A DNA stretch of 44,826 bases from Dehalococcoidia bacterium. Lineage in GTDB: Bacteria; Chloroflexota; Dehalococcoidia; DATDQG01. The translations under genes and the position numbers were made by a program. The notes beneath the pieces are model-generated. The model had not been told where the DNA came from, made no database searches, and saw nothing but the letters and a program-made list of their open reading frames with translations. The stretch is taken from positions 1-44,826 of the forward strand of contig DATDQG010000144.1 of assembly GCA_035292365.1 (NCBI GenBank), read 5' to 3'. This document shows positions 8,903 through 18,077 of the stretch, in pieces. The first letter of the stretch is position 1, and each line of letters opens with the position of its first letter.

Positions 8903-10543
8903 TTGAGCGCCGCTAGGCGACTCCGTTGGCTGGGGCTTGCGCTGGCGGCGCCGCTGGTCCTTATCGTCCTGGCAGCGGCGATGTGGGCGCCGCTCAGCCG
9001 TTGGCTAGAGGAGACCACCGGTGAGGCCACGGTCGATGAACAGGCGAGGGCCTTCGTCTGGCTGCTGCGGCGTCGCCCCATCGAGACGGCCGACTTTGTC
9101 CCGGCCGCCCACGCGGGCGTCGTGCCCTACGGCGTGAATACGTTCTTCGAGCAGGAGGTGGACGAAGAGAAGGTGCGGCGAAGCATGGCCCTCCTTCAAG
9201 CGGTCGGCGTCCGCTGGATCCGCCAAGAGTTCCCTTGGGACCGCATCGAGATCCCCGAGAAGGGCCGCTACGAGGACCCGTACGGCGGCGAGACGTGGAC
9301 GACTTACGACCGGATCGTGCGGCTCGCGGGCGAGTATGGGTTGGAGATCCTGGCCCGGCCTGACCTGCCCCCGGTTTGGGCCCGGAGTAACCGCTCAGTG
9401 CCGCGCGGGATCCCTGATGATTGGGAGGACTACGGTGACTTCCTGACGGCCCTGGCCGAACGATACAGGGGCCAGATCCACTACTGGCAGATCTGGAACG
9501 AGCCCAACCTCCTCCACGAGTGGGGCGACGCGCCCGACCCACGTGAGTACGCTGCCTTTCTGCGCATGGCCCGCGAGCGGCTGAAGGCGGTCGACGCTGA
9601 TGCGGTTATCGTCTCCGCCAGCCTGGCGCAGACCCTCGGGACCGAGGACGGCCTCAACGTCAGCGACCTCGACTACTTGGAGGCGCTGTACGAGGCAGGG
9701 GCGGCGCCGCTCTTCGACATCCTTGCGGCCAATGCGTACGGCCTCTGGACCGGCCCCGCTGATCCCCGGATCGACCGGGAGCACACGAACGTCGGTCGGC
9801 TCCTGCTGGTGCGCGAGATCATGGTCCGCCACGGCGACGCCGCCAAAGCCGTCTGGGTCTCGGAGCTGGGCTGGAACGCCGTCCCACCCGATTTTCCGGG
9901 CGGTCGTCCGCACGGCCAGGTCACCGAGGACCAGCAAGCCCGCTACACCGTGCAGCTCTACCGCATGGCCCAGGAGCGCTGGCCGTGGGTGGGCGCGATG
10001 TTCTACTGGCATTTTCGACGAGCGTACCCCGAGAACCGGGCCGAGAGCGATTACTACTTCCGTATGCTCGACGTGGACTTCACGCCCCTCCCCGTGTTCG
10101 AGGCGTACAGCGACCTCGCGATGTCGCCGCCGGTGCTTGGCGTCGGCGCTCACCTGCCCAGCCACTGGGCGCTGCGCTGGCAAGGCTGGAGGACCGATGG
10201 ACAAGGACGGCGCGTCAGCGAGCGCGCCGGCGACCGGCTGAGCTTCCGCTTCTCTGGGACCGACCTAAGTCTGTTTGTCCGCGGGGCTGGAAGCCTACGT
10301 GTCGGCATGGACGGCGCGCCGCCGTACCTCGTCGACGCACAGCCCGCCGGCGAAGTGAGGCTTGCCCAGGGCCTCGCGCCTGGGGCGCATAGCGCTCTCA
10401 TCGAGGCGAGAGGGCCGGGGCTTGCTATCGAACAGGTCGTCGTGCGCAGAGAGATGTCGCCGTTTTGGGTGCGGCGTTTTCTGGGGGTGGTCTTGGGCCT
10501 CGGCCTGTCAGCCCTCGTCGCCGCCGCAGCGGTCCGACGCTGA
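8903..10543 (+). CDS. Membrane-anchored clan GH-A (TIM-barrel) glycoside hydrolase, PslG/GH39/GH5-like
   Basis: 546 aa. There is an N-terminal TM helix (LGLALAAPLVLIVLAAAMW). The acid/base motif is WQIWNEPN and the nucleophile motif is WVSELGW. A C-terminal TM helix (FLGVVLGLGLSALVAAAAV) is also present. The start is TTG. Confidence 0.8.
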   Translation: MSAARRLRWLGLALAAPLVLIVLAAAMWAPLSRWLEETTGEATVDEQARAFVWLLRRRPIETADFVPAAHAGVVPYGVNTFFEQEVDEEKVRRSMALLQAVGVRWIRQEFPWDRIEIPEKGRYEDPYGGETWTTYDRIVRLAGEYGLEILARPDLPPVWARSNRSVPRGIPDDWEDYGDFLTALAERYRGQIHYWQIWNEPNLLHEWGDAPDPREYAAFLRMARERLKAVDADAVIVSASLAQTLGTEDGLNVSDLDYLEALYEAGAAPLFDILAANAYGLWTGPADPRIDREHTNVGRLLLVREIMVRHGDAAKAVWVSELGWNAVPPDFPGGRPHGQVTEDQQARYTVQLYRMAQERWPWVGAMFYWHFRRAYPENRAESDYYFRMLDVDFTPLPVFEAYSDLAMSPPVLGVGAHLPSHWALRWQGWRTDGQGRRVSERAGDRLSFRFSGTDLSLFVRGAGSLRVGMDGAPPYLVDAQPAGEVRLAQGLAPGAHSALIEARGPGLAIEQVVVRREMSPFWVRRFLGVVLGLGLSALVAAAAVRR

Positions 10544-10555
10544 GCCGTCAAGACG

Positions 10556-12997
10556 ATGTGGACGCGTGTCGGTGTCCTGCTCGCTGTCATGCTTGCCTTC
10601 GCCTTGGACCTCTACCGGCTTGATGGGCAGAGCCTTTGGTATGACGAGGGCGTAAGCGCCTTTATGGTGCACCGCGACGTCTCAGGCATCCTGGACGCCG
10701 CTGCCCGCGACATCCACCCGCCGCTGTACTATCTGCTGCTCCGCCTCTGGGCACCGTTCGCTGGCGCGAGCGAGTTCGCGCTGCGTTTCCCCTCGACCCT
10801 AGCCAGCGTCGCGAGCGTAGCCCTCCTCGCCCGACTGGCTGGCCGCCTCTGGGGCGGTGGCCCCGCTCTGTTTGCGGCGTTATTCCTCGCCATCGCGCCA
10901 TTCGGCGTGGCCTACGCGCAAGAGGCGCGCATGTACGCGCTGGTGGCCACTCTCGTTCTGGCCTCGTTTGTTTGTTTTGAGAGGCTGCTCGGCAGCGAGG
11001 ATTCCCTAGGTCATCCGCTTGCATCCCACCCACCCGCCCCGAAGGTTGTGGGGACACCCCAAGTCCTGCCAGAGGGGACTCTGCCCCCCCTGGACTCCCC
11101 CATTGCCACGACGGACACGAGCCAAGACCGGGCTAGATGGCGCTGGTGGGTAGCGTACCTTGTAGTCACCCTCGCGGCGCTCTATACGCAGTACTTCGCT
11201 GCCCTCGCGTTGGCGGCGCAGAACGGCGCCGCGCTGTTGGGCTACGGCCTGCCTGCCGGTCCGGACGGTCGCCGTCGATGGTGGGGTTGGTGGCGGCGCT
11301 GGCTGACGGCGCAGGCAATCATCGTGTCGCTCTATCTTCCCTGGCTCGTGTACGCCCGCGGGTCGCTGCTCGCCTGGCCGGCCCTCAACGAGCCCCTGTC
11401 GCCCCTCGAGCTAGGCCGGCGTCTGTTCCTCGTCTTCGCCTTCGGCCCCGCCTGGGACGCCACGGCGACCTCTCGCGCGATCTTGGCAGTCGGTATTCTC
11501 GCGATGCTGGGCCTCGTCGGCTGGGCGTGGGCCCCGACGGGCCGGCGGCGGCACGCCGCCCTCTTGGGGGGTGCGCTCTTTCTTGGCGTGCTGGCCTCGT
11601 TTTACGTGATCACTCTGCAGCGTCCTGCCTATAACCCCAAGTTCCTCCTGCTCGCCGAGCCGGGCTTCGCCTTGCTCTTGGCTTCGGGCCTCACGGCCGC
11701 CGTGGGCATGGTGCGCTTGGTCCTGGGCTGGCTTGCCGGACGGACGCTCGCGACCGCAGCAGGCGGAGTCATGGCGCTCCTTGGTCTCGCCGCCGCCGCG
11801 TACCCATCTGCCCGAGCCCTCGACGCCTACTATCACGACCCACGCTACGCGCGCGACGACTACCGCAGCCTCGTCGCCTATGTCGAGGCGCTGCAACGGC
11901 CCAGTGACCTGATCGTCCTGAACGCCCCCGGCCAGGCCGAGATCTTCGGCTACTACTATCACGGCGGTGCGCGCGTGCTGCCGCTGCCGGCGGACCGACC
12001 GGCCGACCGGCGCGCCACGGAAGCAGCGCTGGCGTCCGCGACCGCCGGCGCTCGCGCGGTGTGGGCGGTCCAGTGGGCCACCGACCAAAGCGACCCGGAT
12101 GGGATCGTGAGCGGCTGGCTGGGGCAGCACCTCGCGCCGGCGGGCGGTCGCTGGTTTGGCTCCGTGTACCTGGCCTTGTACGCCTCTTTCGCTGGTGCCG
12201 CGGACGACGGTCGCGCGCTGGCTTTTGCCGAGGGCGTCGGTGCAGTCGTGAGGCGCTTGTCCCAACTCCCGGCGTATGGGCCGGGTGATTACGTCGAACT
12301 GGTCCTGCAGTGGCCGATGGCAGCGGCGCGTCCTCTCTCCGTCTTTGTCCACTTGATAGACGACGATGGGTACCCCTGGGGACAGCACGACGCGGCCCTT
12401 CCCATGCAGGGGGACGAGGACCGCCACGCCATATTCGTGCGACCCGGCACGCCGCCGGGCCGCTACGCTCTGATTGTGGGCCTCTACGACGCCGCTTCGG
12501 GCCAGCGGTTGCCGCTAGCTGACGGTGGCGACAGTGCGCGGCTGGCGACCGTCACGGTCGAGCGCTCAGCCTCGTTGCCACCCGTCGTATTCTTCCCGCA
12601 GCAACGGCGACAGGACAGACTCGGTCTGCTGCGGCTCTTGGGGTTCGACCTGACCAAAGCCGGCGAAGAGCGGCGGCGGCACTCGTTCCGCCAGGGTGAG
12701 ACAGCCGAACTGACGCTCTACTGGCAATCCACCACGCAAGGTGTACAGTCGCCGGTGTTTCGTGGCGAAACGGCTCCTGAGGTAGTCTTACGTGGCGAAG
12801 CCGGCGAGACCATCGCCTTCATGCCGTCATCGCCGATACGCCGCTATCCACCGTCGGTCTGGACCCAGGGCGAGTTGGTGCGCGACCCACGCCGCTGGAC
12901 CGTGGCGGCGCCGTCTGGGCCGTATCGCCTGCAAGTGCGCTGGTCCGCAGGCGGACCAGCGGTCGACCTCGGCGTGATTATGATTGAGGCCCCTTGA
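10556..12997 (+). CDS. GT-C fold membrane glycosyltransferase (GT39/GT83, ArnT/PMT-like) with a large C-terminal extracytoplasmic domain
   Basis: 813 aa and polytopic. The first loop carries the WYDEG acidic motif followed by DIHPPLYYLLLRLW, as in ArnT/PMT-type enzymes. Confidence 0.85.
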   Translation: MWTRVGVLLAVMLAFALDLYRLDGQSLWYDEGVSAFMVHRDVSGILDAAARDIHPPLYYLLLRLWAPFAGASEFALRFPSTLASVASVALLARLAGRLWGGGPALFAALFLAIAPFGVAYAQEARMYALVATLVLASFVCFERLLGSEDSLGHPLASHPPAPKVVGTPQVLPEGTLPPLDSPIATTDTSQDRARWRWWVAYLVVTLAALYTQYFAALALAAQNGAALLGYGLPAGPDGRRRWWGWWRRWLTAQAIIVSLYLPWLVYARGSLLAWPALNEPLSPLELGRRLFLVFAFGPAWDATATSRAILAVGILAMLGLVGWAWAPTGRRRHAALLGGALFLGVLASFYVITLQRPAYNPKFLLLAEPGFALLLASGLTAAVGMVRLVLGWLAGRTLATAAGGVMALLGLAAAAYPSARALDAYYHDPRYARDDYRSLVAYVEALQRPSDLIVLNAPGQAEIFGYYYHGGARVLPLPADRPADRRATEAALASATAGARAVWAVQWATDQSDPDGIVSGWLGQHLAPAGGRWFGSVYLALYASFAGAADDGRALAFAEGVGAVVRRLSQLPAYGPGDYVELVLQWPMAAARPLSVFVHLIDDDGYPWGQHDAALPMQGDEDRHAIFVRPGTPPGRYALIVGLYDAASGQRLPLADGGDSARLATVTVERSASLPPVVFFPQQRRQDRLGLLRLLGFDLTKAGEERRRHSFRQGETAELTLYWQSTTQGVQSPVFRGETAPEVVLRGEAGETIAFMPSSPIRRYPPSVWTQGELVRDPRRWTVAAPSGPYRLQVRWSAGGPAVDLGVIMIEAP

Positions 12998-14013
12998 TGG
13001 CGCGCGTCTCGTTGATCGCCACCGTGCGTAACGAGGCGACGGCGGTTGAGGCGCTGCTCGCCTCCATCGCCACCCAGTCGCGGCCTCCCGACGAAGTCGT
13101 GGTCTGCGACGGTGGCAGCAGCGACGGCACGCTGGCAATCCTGAGGGCATGGCTGCCGCGGCTGCCGCTGCGGGTGGTCGAGGCGCCTGGGGCCAACATC
13201 TCGCGGGGCCGCAACAGAGCCATCGCCGCAGCCAGCGGCCCCGTCATCGCGTCCACCGATGCAGGCGTGCGCCTGGAGCCGGGCTGGCTGGCGGCGCTGC
13301 TGGGCCCGTTCGACGACTGGGAGGACGGGGGTCATCTCGGTAGGCCGCCCGTAGCCTGCGGTTTCTTCGTATCCGCGCCGCAAAGCGTCTTCGAGCTAGC
13401 CCTGGCAGCGGTCACGCTGCCGTTAGTGACGGAGGTGCACCCGGAGCGTTTCCTGCCGTCCAGCCGCTCCGTCGCCTTCGCCAAGGAGGCCTGGTCGGCG
13501 GTGGGCGGCTACCCTGAGTGGCTCGACTACAGCGAGGACCTGGTCTTCGATCTGCAGCTGCGCGAGGCGGGCTACCCCTTCGTCTGGGTGCCGCAAGCGC
13601 TGGTCCATTTCCGGCCGCGCCCCGACCTAGGTGGCTTCGTTCGGCAGTATTACCATTACGGCCGTGGCGACGGCAAGGCAGACCTCTGGCGGCTGCGGCA
13701 CGCGATCCGTTACGGCGCGTATTTCGCTGGCATGAAGGGCGCTGTCGTCGGCTTCTGGCAGCCCGTGATCTGGCTCGCGCTGGCAATCGTGGGCGTACCT
13801 TATCTCGTGCAGCCCTACCTACGGCTGTTGCGTTTGGATGGAGGCTGGACGGTTGGCCAGCGGCTCGCCGCGGCCGCGCTGGTCCCGCTGCTGCGGGCCG
13901 CGGGCGATGTCGCCAAGATGGCCGGCTACCCGGCCGGCGTCCTCTGGCGCCGGCGGGAGCGAGGAGGAAGAGGATGGAGGGGGGTTGGCCGCGAGTCTCC
14001 GCGGTCGCCGTAG
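12994..14013 (+). CDS. Glycosyltransferase family 2 with C-terminal membrane helices (polyprenyl-phosphate sugar synthase-like)
   Basis: 339 aa with VSLIATVRNEA...DEVVVCDGGSSDGT and a TDAG motif. Hydrophobic C-terminal segments are present. The ATGA start overlaps the previous stop. Confidence 0.87.
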   Translation: MMARVSLIATVRNEATAVEALLASIATQSRPPDEVVVCDGGSSDGTLAILRAWLPRLPLRVVEAPGANISRGRNRAIAAASGPVIASTDAGVRLEPGWLAALLGPFDDWEDGGHLGRPPVACGFFVSAPQSVFELALAAVTLPLVTEVHPERFLPSSRSVAFAKEAWSAVGGYPEWLDYSEDLVFDLQLREAGYPFVWVPQALVHFRPRPDLGGFVRQYYHYGRGDGKADLWRLRHAIRYGAYFAGMKGAVVGFWQPVIWLALAIVGVPYLVQPYLRLLRLDGGWTVGQRLAAAALVPLLRAAGDVAKMAGYPAGVLWRRRERGGRGWRGVGRESPRSP

Positions 14014-14052
14014 GGGTGGCCCCGGGTCTGGTCGCTGGTATGTGATCGACTC

Positions 14053-14877
14053 CTACCCGGCTCGCACCTGGACCGTGTCGCCCCGGCGCGTGCCGAGGCG
14101 CGCCTCCGCGCTGCCATTCCTGACAGCGACCTCCAGGTAGCCGCTCGCGCCGATGAGCGCCATCAGGTCATCGGCCTCGGCGTAGTACCGCACGAACCCG
14201 CGCACCTCGACCCCCGACACTGTCACAACTGGCTGGCCCTCCGGCAGGTCCTCCGGCGCGAGGTTGCTGATGAGGTTGCCGAACCGGTCGATGTGCAGGA
14301 TGTGCCCTTCCACGCCTGAAGGGATGGACCTCGGCTTGGGGAGCACGTATGCGCGAAGAATGCGAGTCGGCTCGCCGAAGAGGTTCAGCGGCACGCCGAG
14401 GGAGAGATGGGCCGCCACGGGCGAGAAGATGTCACGGCCGTGGAAGGTATGGCTGACCGGATGACGCCAGAAACGGGGCTGCGTCAGGACGACCGCCTCC
14501 GCCTCGGGCCTGAGGGTGCGCTCCTGTATAGCCAGCTCGACTCCGCCCGGCGCTGCCTCGGCGACTCGGTCCACGACATAGGAGAGCACGCCGTTGTCGG
14601 GCCCCACGAAAATGCCGAAGGGCGTCTTAAGGGCGACCGCCCTCCGTTCGCTGCCGACGGCGGGGTCCACGATGGCCACGTGTACAGTATCGGGCGCGAA
14701 GAACTCGTAGGCGGTATGGAGCAGAAACGCCCCTTCCAGGACGTTCTGCGGCTCAACCGCGTGGCTCAGGTCCACGATAGTGGCCTGGGCGTTGAGGCTG
14801 CCGATGACGCCCTTCATGATGCCGATGTAGATTTGCGCCGGGCCGAAATCCGTGAGAAGAGTGATGAAACGTGCCAT
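14053..14877 (-). CDS. SAM hydroxide adenosyltransferase family protein (DUF62, chlorinase/fluorinase-like)
   Basis: Start set at MARFITLLTDFGPAQIYIGIMKGVI, the family-typical N-terminus. The ORF-track extension to 15120 overlaps the next gene. Confidence 0.85.
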   Translation of the reverse strand: MARFITLLTDFGPAQIYIGIMKGVIGSLNAQATIVDLSHAVEPQNVLEGAFLLHTAYEFFAPDTVHVAIVDPAVGSERRAVALKTPFGIFVGPDNGVLSYVVDRVAEAAPGGVELAIQERTLRPEAEAVVLTQPRFWRHPVSHTFHGRDIFSPVAAHLSLGVPLNLFGEPTRILRAYVLPKPRSIPSGVEGHILHIDRFGNLISNLAPEDLPEGQPVVTVSGVEVRGFVRYYAEADDLMALIGASGYLEVAVRNGSAEARLGTRRGDTVQVRAG

Positions 14878-14899
14878 CGTGATGCCTCGCTGGCGGGGA

Positions 14900-16522
14900 T
14901 CAGGGGCTTCGGCGCTGAAACCAGAGCCGCTTCGTGGCGATGTGCCACTGGCCGACGTTCGCAAAGCGAGAGCTCGGCTCGAAAAGCAGGCCCAGCTCGA
15001 TGCCCCGCACGCTCTTGTCGACGAAGTACGAGTAGACGGGGTAATAGAGGAGGAGGCTGGGCACGTCCTCCGCGAAGAGCTCCTGGAACTGGCGGTAGAG
15101 GTCGAGCCGGCGTGCCTCATCGGTGGTGAGGCGGGCCTGCTCGAGCAGGGCGTCGGCTTTGGCGCTGCTGTACGAGGCGACGTTGAAGCTGTCGACGCCG
15201 CGCTGCGACGAGTGCCAGACAGGGTAGGCGTCGGGGTCGTACCCGACGTCCAGGCCGAACAAGAGCGCCTGAAAGCGGCGTGGCACGACCGTGTCTTGTA
15301 ACAGCGTCACCGGCGGCGCGGCCAGCACTTCGGCAGCCACGCCCAGCTCCCGCCACTGACGCGCTACCTCTTCGGCCACCAGGAGACGGGCCGGGTCGGT
15401 AGTTGTGGCGAGCTGGAACCGCAGGTCCTGCTGGCCCTTTCGTCGCACGCCACCTTCGGCGATTGACCAACCGGCTTCCTCCATGAGCTGTCGGGCGTGC
15501 TCCTGGTCGTAGGGGTAAGGAGAGATGCTGTTGTCGTAAGCCCAGGAGCCCACGGGGATCGGGCTGCCAGCCACGATGGCTTGTCCCGCCAGAGTCTCGC
15601 GCGCGATCCGCTCTCTGTCCAGGCCGTACAGCAGCGCTTGACGCACCGCTTTGTCTTGAAACAGCGGCAGTGTGAGGTTGAGGAAGAGGGCGGTGTACGA
15701 AGGACGCATGCCGCTGTACGTGCGCCATAGGGTGTTCGATCTCAGGGATGCAACCGTCTCAGGGTCCAGGACCGGATGGATGAGAACGCCCTGTATCTGG
15801 CGTTGTTGAAGCGCCGTCAAGGCCGTCGGCTGGTCGGGGTAGAAACGCAGGACGATGCGGTCCAAATAGGGCCGTCCGAAGTGGTAGCTCGGGTTGGCGA
15901 CGAGGGTCATTCGGTCTGCGACTGCCTCAACAACGCGGAACGGCCCGGCGCCTACCGGCAGGCTCGTCCCCGTCCCGCTGTCAACACCGTTGATGTGTGC
16001 CGGCAGGATGCCGAGCGCTGTGTACCGCAGGAAGGGTGCAAATGGGTTGGCCAGGGTCATTTGCACCGTCAGTGGATCGACCTGGGAGACCGATACCATC
16101 TTCCATAACGCGGCGAGATCGGGGCTCCCTGCGAAATTGGGGGCCTGGATGAGCTTGATGGTGTAGACCACGTCAGCGGCGGAAAACGGGCTTCCGTCGT
16201 GCCACTGGACGCCAGGTCTCAAGTAGAAGCGGTACCGTCGTCCCTGCTCATCGATGTCCCAGCGCTCCGCAAGGTCCGGCAGGACCGCGCCTTCCGGTCC
16301 TAAGCGAGTGAGTCCGGCATAGACAAGCGCAGCGAGGTCGTTGTCGGCGTCGCTGAAGGGCGCGTATAAGGGGTTCGCGGCCATCGGGCTGCCCACGATG
16401 CCCTCGGTATAGCTGCCGCCGAAGTCTGGCTTAGTCTGGATGACGAAGGTGAGTGCGAGGTAGAGAAAGACACCGAGCGCACCCAGACTCGCCAACGCGG
16501 CAACAAGGCGATGCTGGTTCAT
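14900..16522 (-). CDS. ABC transporter substrate-binding protein, family 5 (peptide/nickel type), membrane-anchored
   Basis: 540 aa with an N-terminal hydrophobic anchor and an SBP_bac_5-like sequence throughout. No permease or ATPase genes are adjacent. Confidence 0.85.
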   Translation of the reverse strand: MNQHRLVAALASLGALGVFLYLALTFVIQTKPDFGGSYTEGIVGSPMAANPLYAPFSDADNDLAALVYAGLTRLGPEGAVLPDLAERWDIDEQGRRYRFYLRPGVQWHDGSPFSAADVVYTIKLIQAPNFAGSPDLAALWKMVSVSQVDPLTVQMTLANPFAPFLRYTALGILPAHINGVDSGTGTSLPVGAGPFRVVEAVADRMTLVANPSYHFGRPYLDRIVLRFYPDQPTALTALQQRQIQGVLIHPVLDPETVASLRSNTLWRTYSGMRPSYTALFLNLTLPLFQDKAVRQALLYGLDRERIARETLAGQAIVAGSPIPVGSWAYDNSISPYPYDQEHARQLMEEAGWSIAEGGVRRKGQQDLRFQLATTTDPARLLVAEEVARQWRELGVAAEVLAAPPVTLLQDTVVPRRFQALLFGLDVGYDPDAYPVWHSSQRGVDSFNVASYSSAKADALLEQARLTTDEARRLDLYRQFQELFAEDVPSLLLYYPVYSYFVDKSVRGIELGLLFEPSSRFANVGQWHIATKRLWFQRRSP

Positions 16523-16547
16523 CGGTTATGGCCTGGCGGAGACGGCG

Positions 16548-16769
16548 CTATTGGAGCCTCACCGCCAGCAGGGAGATGAGCACGAAGGCAGCGACGATGA
16601 CCAGAGTGGCCTGGAAGAGGACGCGCTCGAGGCCCCGCTTGGTGCTGAACCGCGGCCCCTGGCTCTCGCCAAAGAAGCCGGAGAGGGTTGTCCCTTTCAC
16701 CTGCAACATGAGGACCAGTATGAGCAGGAGGGCGATGAAGACCTGCAACCCGGTGAGCAGGTTGCTCAC
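16548..16769 (-). CDS. secG: Preprotein translocase subunit SecG
   Basis: 73 aa from GTG 16769 (GGGAGG 5 nt upstream). It has two TM helices flanking a Gly-rich loop (KGTTLSGFFGES). The start overlaps the stop of the upstream gene (GTGA). Confidence 0.82.
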   Translation of the reverse strand: MSNLLTGLQVFIALLLILVLMLQVKGTTLSGFFGESQGPRFSTKRGLERVLFQATLVIVAAFVLISLLAVRLQ

Positions 16770-18031
16770 CGATGCCTCCCGTTGACGGAGGCAAGCGCCC
16801 GGGGAGCACGCCCGCGGCGCTCGGCGATTTGCACGAGCCGCGCTGCTAGCTTTCGCGGGTCGTGGCGGTAGGGATCGGTCGGGTCTACGACATCGGCCCA
16901 CTGGAGTTCGACGTTGGCGGGCCAGTGCGAAGGATCGTGCGCGGGGCCGGTGCCTACGATAGGCGGCTGTGCCAGCACGACGTCAATCGGAGCGCCCCCG
17001 TGGTGCAGCACTGCCTGGAGGTGCTCCGTCACGGTGTACCCCTCCGTTTCTCCCGGCTCTTCCGCCACATTGCAGACGTAGACCTTCGTGGCGGTGGACG
17101 CCTGGATGGCCTGCCTGATCCCGCTCACTAGAAGGTTCGGGAGGATGCTCGTGTAGAGACTGCCGGGGCCAAGGACTATGAGATCGGCTTCCAGCAGCGC
17201 TTTGACGGCCTCGGGGTGGGCGGGCGCGTCCTCTGGCGTGAGATATACCCGGCGAATGCGGGCGCCCCGTCCCGGTTGCGGTATATTCGACTCGCCTTCT
17301 GCTGTGATGGCGTCCTCGTATTCCGCGCCAAGGGTCACATCGGCCAGCGTGGAGGGAAGGATCTGGCCACGGACGGCCAGGACCCGGCTCGACTCCTGGA
17401 TAGCCCGCTCGAAATTGCCCGTGATGTTGGCCATCGCCACGATGAAGAGGTTGCCAAACGAATGGCCTTCGAGGCCATCCCCTTCGTCGAACCGGTACTG
17501 AAAGAGCTCCGTCATCAGCGGTTCAGCATCGGCGAGCGCGGCGATGCACTTCCGGAAGTCGCCAGGCGGGAGCACTCCGAGCTCTCGCCGTAGGCGGCCG
17601 GTGCTGCCGCCGTCGTCCGCCACCGTGACGATGGCGGTCAGATTGCCGGTGTGCTCCTTGAGGCCGCGTAGGACCGTGGAGAGGCCGTTGCCTCCGCCAA
17701 TGGCCACGATTTTGGGGCCCCGCCTCAGGTAGCGCTGCTGGTAGAGGGTCGCCACCACGTTCTCTTCCCCGCCCCGTGTGAGCGCTGAGAGAACCGTAGT
17801 GTTGAGCTTCCAAAGCGCTACGCCGAGGGAACCAAATCCCAGGGAGAGGAACAGCACGCCGCGGAGATAGCGGGGCAGGAACTGCAGCGTGGCGTAGTAC
17901 ACGAAATCTGGGAAAACGTAGACCTCGTATATCTGCCGGAGGAAATAGCCAAGGCCGAGGGCGATGATAGTGATGCCAAGGAAGAAGAGCAGTATCCAGC
18001 GCTTCAGCCCCATGCCGGGCTGAAGGAGCAT
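16766..18031 (-). CDS. yvcK: YvcK/CofD-family (gluconeogenesis factor-like) protein with N-terminal transmembrane extension
   Basis: Core sequence KIVAIGGGNGLSTVLRGLKEHTGNLTAIVTVADDGGSTGRLR. About 100 N-terminal residues contain hydrophobic helices. The start is uncertain (18031, 18013 or 18088). Confidence 0.83.
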   Translation of the reverse strand: MLLQPGMGLKRWILLFFLGITIIALGLGYFLRQIYEVYVFPDFVYYATLQFLPRYLRGVLFLSLGFGSLGVALWKLNTTVLSALTRGGEENVVATLYQQRYLRRGPKIVAIGGGNGLSTVLRGLKEHTGNLTAIVTVADDGGSTGRLRRELGVLPPGDFRKCIAALADAEPLMTELFQYRFDEGDGLEGHSFGNLFIVAMANITGNFERAIQESSRVLAVRGQILPSTLADVTLGAEYEDAITAEGESNIPQPGRGARIRRVYLTPEDAPAHPEAVKALLEADLIVLGPGSLYTSILPNLLVSGIRQAIQASTATKVYVCNVAEEPGETEGYTVTEHLQAVLHHGGAPIDVVLAQPPIVGTGPAHDPSHWPANVELQWADVVDPTDPYRHDPRKLAARLVQIAERRGRAPRALASVNGRHR

Positions 18032-18077
18032 GCGAAGGGTGGGCCACGGCTCGCGCGCTTCGTGCCCGTTCAGACGA

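Noticed and set aside
14878-15120. N-terminal extensions offered by the ORF track for the DUF62 gene (to 15120). The same applies to the GNAT-like gene (to 27335), the HNH gene (to 38646), the Nudix gene (to 38069), secG (to 16901), usp (from 30690) and the lipoprotein (from 5746).
   Set aside because: The extensions are low-complexity Arg/Ser/Pro-rich and overlap neighbouring well-supported genes. Internal starts give family-typical N-termini and/or Shine-Dalgarno sequences.
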